Part shown: piece after piece, positions 25,503 through 35,701 of the stretch
How positions within the stretch are numbered: the first letter of the stretch is position 1
How the letters are laid out: every line of letters begins with the position of its first letter
DNA from: Squalus acanthias
Taxonomy: Eukaryota
Reading direction: 5' to 3'
Assembly: GCA_030390025.1 (NCBI GenBank)
Contig: JASTWF010000333.1
Location: 496,001-531,701, forward strand
DNA length: 35,701 nucleotides
Program-made: the position numbers and the translations under genes
The notes under the pieces: generated by a model
Seen by the model: the letters and a program-made list of their open reading frames with translations, nothing else
Told to the model about the DNA's origin: nothing
The model's database searches: none

Positions 25503-28500
25503 CACACACACACACCCTGAATCATCCTCACACACACACACACCCTGAATCATCTTCACACACACACACACACCCTGAATCATCCTTACACACACACACA
25601 CACCCTGAATCATCCTCACACACACACTGAATCATCCTCACACTCACACACACCCTGAATCATCCTCACAAACACACACCCTGAATCATCCCCCCACACA
25701 CACACACATCCTGAATCATCCTTACACACACACACACCCTGAATCAACCTCACACACACACACACCCTGAATCATCCTCACACACACACACACCCTGAAT
25801 CATCCTCACACACACACACCCTGAATCAACCTCACACACACACACACCCTGAATCACCCTCACACACACACACACCCTGAATCATCCTCACACACACACA
25901 CCCTGAATCATCCTCACACACACACACCCTGAATCATCCTCACACAGACACACCCTGAATCATCCTCACACACACACATACCCTGAATCACCCTCACACA
26001 CACACACACACACCCTGAATCATCCTCACACACACACACACACCCTGAATCATCCTCACACACACACACCCTGAATCATCCTCACACACACACACACCCT
26101 GAACCATCCTCACACACACACATACCCAGAATCATCCTCACACACACACACACCCTGAATCATCCTCACACACACACACACCCTGAATCATCCTCACACA
26201 CACACACACCCTGAATCCACCTCATCCTCACACACACCCCCTGAATCATCCTCACACACACACACACCCTTAAACATCCTCACACACACACACCCTGAAT
26301 CACCCTCAAACACACACACCCTGAATCATCCTCACACACACACCCTGAATCATCCTCACACACACACACACACACACACCCTGAATCATCCTCACACACA
26401 CACACCCTGAATCATCCTCACACACACACACACCTTGAATCACCCTCACACACACACACCCTGAATCATCCTCACACACACACACACACCCTGAATCATC
26501 CTCACACACACACACACCCTGAATCATCCTCACACACATACACACACCCTGAATCATCCTCACACACACACACACACACCCTGAATCATCCTCACACACA
26601 CACACCCTGAATCATCCTCACACACACACACACCCTGAATCATCCTCACACACACACACACCCTGAATCATACTCACACACACACACCCTGAATCATCCT
26701 CACACACACACACCCTGAATCATCCTCACACACACACACCCTGAATCATCCTCACACACACACACCCTGAAACATCCTCACACACACACACCCTGAATCA
26801 TCCTCACACACACACACACACCCTGAAACATCCTCACACACACACACCCTGAATCATCCACACACACACACACACACACCCTGAAACATCCTCACACACA
26901 CACCCTGAATCATCCTCACACACACACACACCCTGAAACATCCTCACACACACACCCTGAATCATCCTCACACACACACACACACCCTGAATCATCCTCA
27001 CACACACACCCTGAATCATCCTCACACACTCACACACCCTGAATCATCCTCACACACTCACACACCCTGAATCATCCTCACACACACACCCTGAATCATC
27101 CTCACATACACACACACACCCTGAAACATCCTCACACACACACACCCTGAATCATCCTCACACACACACCCTGAATCATCCTCACACACACACACACCCT
27201 GAATAATCCTCACACACACACCCTGAATCATCCTCACACACACATACCCTGAATGATCCTCACACACACAAACACACCCTGAATCATCCTCACACACACA
27301 CACACACACCCTGAATCATCCTCACACACACACACACACCCTGAATCATCCTCACACACACACACACCATGAATCATCCTCACACACACACACACACCCT
27401 GAATCATCCTCGCACACACACACACCATGAATCATCCTCACACACACACACACCCCCTGAATCATCCTCACACACACACACACACCATGAATCATCCTCA
27501 CACACACACACACACCCTGAATCATCCTCACACACACACACACACCATGAATCATCCTCACACACACACACACACACTGAATCATCCTCACACACACACA
27601 CACACCCTGAATCATCCTCACACACACACACACACCCTGAATCATCCTCACACACACACACACCATGAATCATCCTCACACACACACACACACACTGAAT
27701 CATCCTCACACACACACACACACCCTGAATCATCCTCACACACACACTGAATCATCCTCACACACACACACACACACCCTGAATCATCCTCATACACACA
27801 CTCTGAATCATCCTCACACACACACACACACACACCCTGAATCATCCTCACACACACACACACCCTGAATCATCCTCACACACACACACACACCCTGAAT
27901 CATCCTCACACACACACCCTGAATCATCCTCACACACACACACACACCCTGAATCATCCTCACACACACACACACCCTGAATCATCCTCACACACACACA
28001 CACACACCCAGATTCATCCTCACCCACACACACACACCCTGAATCATCCTCACACACACACCCTGAATCATCCTCACACACACACCCTGAATCATCCTCA
28101 CACACACACACACACCCTGAATCATCCTCACACACACACCCTGAATCATCCTCACACACACACACACACCCTGAATCATCCTCACACACACATACACACC
28201 CTGAATCATCCTCACACACACACCCTGAATCACCCTCACACACACACACACACACCCTGAATCATCCTGACACACACACACCCTGAATCATCCTGACACA
28301 CACACACCCTGAATCATCCTGATACACACACACCCTGAATCATCCTCACACACACACACCCTGAATCATCCTCACACACACACACACACCCTGAATCATC
28401 CTCACACACACACACACACACCCTGAATCATCCTCACACACACACACACACCCTGAATCATCCTCACACACACACACACACACCCTGAATCATCCTCACA

Positions 28501-31500
28501 CACACACACACACCATGAATCATCCTCACACACACACACACACTCTGAATCATCCTCACACACACACACACCCTGAATCATCCTCACACACACACACACC
28601 ATGAATCATCCTCACACATACACACACACACTGAATCATCCTCACACACACACACACCCTGAATCATCCTCACACACACACACACCCTGAATCATCCTCA
28701 CACACACACACACCCTGAATCATCCTCACACACACCCTGAATCACCCTCACACACACACACACCCACCCACTGAATCATCCTCACACACACACACCCTGA
28801 ATCATACTCACACACACACACTGAATCATCCTCACACACACACACACTCTGAATCATCCTCACACACACACACACACCCTGAATCATCCTCACACACACA
28901 CACACCCTGAATCATCCTCACACACACACACACACCCAGATTCATCCTCACCCACACACACACACCCTGAATCATCCTCACACACACACCCTGAATCAGC
29001 CTCACACACACACACACACCCTGAATCATCCTCACACACACACCCTGAATCACCCTCACACACACACACACCCTGAATCATCCTGACACACACACACCCT
29101 GAATCATCCTGACACACACACACCCTGAATCATCCTGACACACACACACCCTGAATCATCCTCACACACACACACCGTGAATCATCCTCACACACACACA
29201 CACACCCTGAATCATCCTCACACACAAACACACACCCTGAATCATAATGACACACACACACCCTGAATCATCATCACACACACACACCCTGAATCATCCT
29301 CACAAACACACACACACACTGAATCATCCTCACACACACACACACCCTGAATCATCTTCACACACACACACCCTGAATCATCCTGACACACACACACCCT
29401 GAATCATCCTCACACACACACACCCTGAATCATCCTCACACACACACACACACCCTGAATCATCCTCACACACACACACACACACTGAATCATCCTCACA
29501 CACACACACACACCCTGAATCATCCTCACACACACACACACCCTGAATCATCCTCACACACACACACCCTGAATCATCCTCACACACACACACCCTGAAT
29601 CATCCTCACACACACACACACCCTGAATCATCCTCACACACACACACTCACCCTGAATCATCCTCACACACACACACACCCTGAATCATCCTCACACACA
29701 CACACACACCCCGAATCATCCTCACACACACACACACACTGAATCATCCTCACACACACACCGTGAATCATCCTCACACACACACACACACCCTGAACCA
29801 TCCTCACACACACACACACCATGAATCATCCTCACACACACACACACACCCTGAATAATCCTCACACACACACACACCCTGAATCATCCTCACACACACA
29901 CCCTGAATCATCCTCACACACACACACAACCTGAATCATCCTCACACACACACCCTGAATCATCCTCACACACACACACACACCCTGAATCATCCTCACA
30001 CACACACCCTGAATCATCCTCACACACACACACACACCATGAATCATCCTCACACACACACACACACACCCTGAATCATCCTCACACACACACACACACC
30101 ATGAATCATCCTCACACACACACAAACACTCTGAATCATCCTCACACACACACACACCCTGAATCATCCTCACACACACACACACCATGAATCATCCTCA
30201 CACACACACACACACCCTGAATCATCCTCACACACACACACACCCTGAATCATCCTCACACACACACACACCCTGAATCATCCTCACACACACACACCCT
30301 GAATCATCCTCACACACACACACACACCATGAATCATCCTCACACACACACACACACACCCTGAATCATCCTCACACACACACCCTGAATCACCCTCACA
30401 CACACACACACACACACCCCCTGAATCATCCTCACACACACACACACACTCTGAATCATCCTCACACACACACACACCCTGAATCATCCTCACACACACC
30501 CTGAATCACCCTCACACACACACACACCCTGAATCATCCTCACACACTCACACACACCCTGAATCATCCTTACACACACACACACACACCCTGAATCATC
30601 CTCACACACACACTGAATCATCCTCACACACACACACACCCTGAATCATCCTCACACACACACACACCCTGAATCATCCTCACACACACGCACACCCTGA
30701 TTCATCCTCACACACACACACACCCTGATTCAGCCTCACACACACACACACCCTGAATCATCCTCACACACACACACACCCTGAATCATCCTCACACACA
30801 CGCACACCCTGATTCATCCTCACACACACACACACCCTGATTCAGCCTCACACACACACACACCCTGAATCATCCTCACACACACACACACCCTGAATCA
30901 TCCTCACACACACACACACCCTGAATCATCCTCACACACACACACACCCTGATTCAGCCTCACACACACACACACCCTGAATCATCCTCACACACACACA
31001 CACCCTGAATCATCCTCACACACACACACACCCTGATTCATCCTCACACACACACACCCTGATTCAGCCTCACACACACACACACACACTGAATCATCCT
31101 CACACACACACACCCTGAATCGTCCTCAAACACACACACACACACTGATTCATCCTGACACACACACACACCCTGAATCATCCTCACACACACACACACA
31201 CACTGAATCACCCTCACACACACACACCCTGAATAATCCTCACACACACACCCTGAATCATCCTCACACACACATACCCTGAATGATCCTCACACACACA
31301 AACACACCCTGAATCATCCTCACACACACACACACACACCCTGAATCATCCTCACACACACACACACACCCTGAATCATCCTCACACACACACACACCAT
31401 GAATCATCCTCACACACACACACACACCCTGAATCATCCTCACACACACACACACCATGAATCATCCTCACACACACACACACCCCCTGAATCATCCTCA

Positions 31501-34500
31501 CACACACACACACACCATGAATCATCCTCACACACACACACACACACTGAATCATCCTCACACACACACACACACCCTGAATCATCCTCACACACACACA
31601 CACACACTGAATCATCCTCACACACACACACACACCCTGAATCATCCTCACACACACACACACACCCTGAATCATCCTCACACACACACACACCATGAAT
31701 CATCCTCACACACACACACACACACTGAATCATCCTCACACACACACACACACCCTGAATCATCCTCACACACACACTGAATCATCCTCACACACACACA
31801 CACACACCCTGAATCATCCTCATACACACACTCTGAATCATCCTCACACACACACACACACACACCCTGAATTATCCTCACACACACACACACCCTGAAT
31901 CATCCTCACACACACACACACACCCTGAATCATCCTCACACACACACCCTGAATCATCCTCACACACACACACACACCCTGAATCATCCTCACACACACA
32001 CACACCCTGAATCATCCTCACACACACACACACACACCCAGATTCATCCTCACCCACACACACACACCCTGAATCATCCTCACACACACACCCTGAATCA
32101 TCCTCACACACACACCCTGAATCATCCTCACACACACACACACACCCTGAATCATCCTCACACACACACCCTGAATCATCCTCACACACACACACACACC
32201 CTGAATCATCCTCACACACACACCCTGAATCATCCTCACACACACATACACACCCTGAATCATCCTCACACACACACCCTGAATCACCCTCACACACACA
32301 CACACACACCCTGAATCATCCTGACACACACACACCCTGAATCATCCTGACACACACACACCCTGAATCATCCTGATACACACACACCCTGAATCATCCT
32401 CACACACACACACCCTGAATCATCCTCACACACACACACACACCCTGAATCATCCTCACACACAAACACACACACCCTGAATCATCCTCACACACACACA
32501 CACACCCTGAATCATCCTCACACACACACACACACACCCTGAATCATCCTCACACACACACACACACCATGAATCATCCTCACACACACACACACTCTGA
32601 ATCATCCTCACACACACACACACCCTGAATCATCCTCACACACACACACACCATGAATCATCCTCACACATACACACACACACTGAATCATCCTCACACA
32701 CACACACACCCTGAATCATCCTCACACACACACACACCCTGAATCATCCTCACACACACACACACCCTGAATCATCCTCACACACACCCTGAATCACCCT
32801 CACACACACACACACCCACCCACTGAATCATCCTCACACACACACACCCTGAATCATCCTCACACACACACACTGAATCATCCTCACACACACACACACT
32901 CTGAATCATCCTCACACACACACACACACCCTGAATCATCCTCACACACACACACACCCTGAATCATCCTCACACACACACACACACCCAGATTCATCCT
33001 CACCCACACACACACACCCTGAATCATCCTCACACACACACCCTGAATCAGCCTCACACACACACACACACCCTGAATCATCCTCACACACACACCCTGA
33101 ATCACCCTCACACACACACACACCCTGAATCATCCTGACACACACACACCCTGAATCATCCTGACACACACACACCCTGAATCATCCTGACACACACACA
33201 CCCTGAATCATCCTCACACACACACACCGTGAATCATCCTCACACACACACACACACACCCTGAATCATCTTCACACACAAACACACACCCTGAATCATA
33301 ATGACACACACACACCCTGAATCATCCTCACACACACACACCCTGAATCATCCTCACAAACACACACACATACTGAATCATCCTCACACACACACACACC
33401 CTGAATCATCTTCACACACACACACCCTGAATCATCCTGACACACACACACCCTGAATCATCCTCACACACACACACCCTGAATCATCCTCACACACACA
33501 CACACACCCTGAATCATCCTCACACACACACACACACCCTGAATCATCCTCACACACACACACACACCCTGAATCATCCTCACACACACACACACCCTGA
33601 ATCATCCTCACACACACACACCCTGAATCATCCTCACACACACACACCCTGAATCATCCTCACACACACACACACCCTGAATCATCCTCACACACACACA
33701 CTCACCCTGAATCATCCTCACACACACACACACCCTGAATCATCCTCACACACACACACACACCCCGAATCATCCTCACACACACACACACACTGAATCA
33801 TCCTCACACACACACCGTGAATCATCCTCACACACACACACACACCCTTAAACATCCTCACACACACACACCCTGAATCACCCTCAAACACACACACCCT
33901 GAATCATCCTCACACACACACCCTGAATCATCCTCACACACACACACACACACACACCATGAATCATCCTCACACACACACACCCTGAATCATCCTCACA
34001 CACACACACACCTTGAATCACCCTCACACACACACACCCTGAATCATCCTCACACACACACACACACCCTGAATCATCCTCACACACACACACACACCCT
34101 GAATCATCCTCACACACATACACACACCCTGAATCATCCTCACACACACACACACACACCCTGAATCATCCTCACACACACACACCCTGAATCATCCTCA
34201 CACACACACACACCCTGAATCATCCTCACACACACACACACCCTGAATCATACTCACACACACACACCCTGAATCATCCTCACACACACACACCCTGAAT
34301 CATCCTCACACACACACACCCTGAATCATCCTCACACACACACACCCTGAAACATCCTCACACACACACACCCTGAATCATCCTCACACACACACACACA
34401 CCCTGAAACATCCTCACACACACACACCCTGAATCATCCACACACACACACACACACACCCTGAAACATCCTCACACACACACCCTGAATCATCCTCACA

Positions 34501-35701
34501 CACACACACACCCTGAAACATCCTCACACACACACCCTGAATCATCCTCACACACACACACACACCCTGAATCATCCTCACACACACACCCTGAATCATC
34601 CTCACACACTCACACACCCTGAATCATCCTCACACACTCACACACCCTGAATCATCCTCACACACACACCCTGAATCATCCTCACATACACACACACACC
34701 CTGAAACATCCTCACACACACACACCCTGAATCATCCTCACACACACACCCTGAATCATCCTCACACACACACACACCCTGAATAATCCTCACACACACA
34801 CCCTGAATCATCCTCACACACACATACCCTGAATGATCCTCACACACACAAACACACCCTGAATCATCCTCACACACACACACACACACCCTGAATCATC
34901 CTCACACACACACACACACCCTGAATCATCCTCACACACACACACACCATGAATCATCCTCACACACACACACACACCCTGAATCATCCTCACACACACA
35001 CACACCATGAATCATCCTCACACACACACACACCCCCTGAATCATCCTCACACACACACACACACACCATGAATCATCCTCACACACACACACACCCCCT
35101 GAATCATCCTCACACACACACACACACCATGAATCATCCTCACACACACACACACACACTGAATCATCCTCACACACACACACACACCCTGAATCATCCT
35201 CACACACACACACACACCCTGAATCATCCTCACACACACACACACCATGAATCATCCTCACACACACACACACACACTGAATCATCCTCACACACACACA
35301 CACACCCTGAATCATCCTCACACACACACTGAATCATCCTCACACACACACACACACACCCTGAATCATCCTCATACACACACTCTGAATCATCCTCACA
35401 CACACACACACACACCCCTGAATCATCCTCACACACACACACACCCTGAATCATCCTCACACACACACACACACTCTGAATCATCCTCACACACACACAC
35501 ACCCTGAATCATCCTCACACACACCCTGAATCACCCTCACACACACACACACCCTGAATCATCCTCACACACCACACACACCCTGAATCATCCTTACACA
35601 CACACACACACACCCTGAATCATCCTCACACACACACTGAATCATCCTCACACACACACACACCCTGAATCATCCTCACACACACACACACCCTGAATCA
35701 T
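25503..35701. repeat. Tandem satellite CCTGAATCATCCT(CA)n, right array (roughly 350 units, continues beyond the window end)
   Basis: Same monomer and orientation as the left array. Characteristic variants are GAAACATCC, TCCTGACAC, CTCTGAATC, CCAGATTC and GATTCAGCC. Confidence 0.99.

Noticed and set aside
26306..35507. Same repetitive Cys/Val- or His/Thr-rich ORFs in the right array (metallothionein-like appearance)
   Set aside because: Artefacts of translating (TG)n/(CA)n.
1..35701. CRISPR-like repeat-spacer appearance
   Set aside because: The spacers are only (CA)n, not unique sequences. The core is 13 bp, there are no cas genes, and the context is eukaryotic.

Overview
Vertebrate-type genomic DNA (host probably a fish-like vertebrate; inferred, not shown). 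About 26 kb is one tandem satellite, CCTGAATCATCCT(CA)n, with monomers of ~22-40 bp (1-15785 and 25503-35701). All ORFs called in it are artefacts. A full-length 9.7-kb endogenous retrovirus is inserted into one CA tract on the minus strand (15786-25502): 5'LTR, tRNA-Ser PBS, leader, gag, UGA-CUAG, pro-pol, a small membrane ORF, env, PPT, 3'LTR. RT motifs and TSD parity point to a class III (snakehead-retrovirus/ERV-S-like) element with a gamma-type Env. gag, pol and env are broken by 5 stops and 4 frameshifts, and the LTRs differ by ~2%. An 893-bp PIF/Harbinger-type non-autonomous transposon sits in the 5'LTR only. The most novel features are an intact 76/93-aa single-TM ORF between pol and env carrying HxxxW and GxxxG motifs (viroporin-like candidate), an extra furin-delimited Cys-rich N-terminal Env module, and an opal UGA-CUAG gag-pol readthrough signal.
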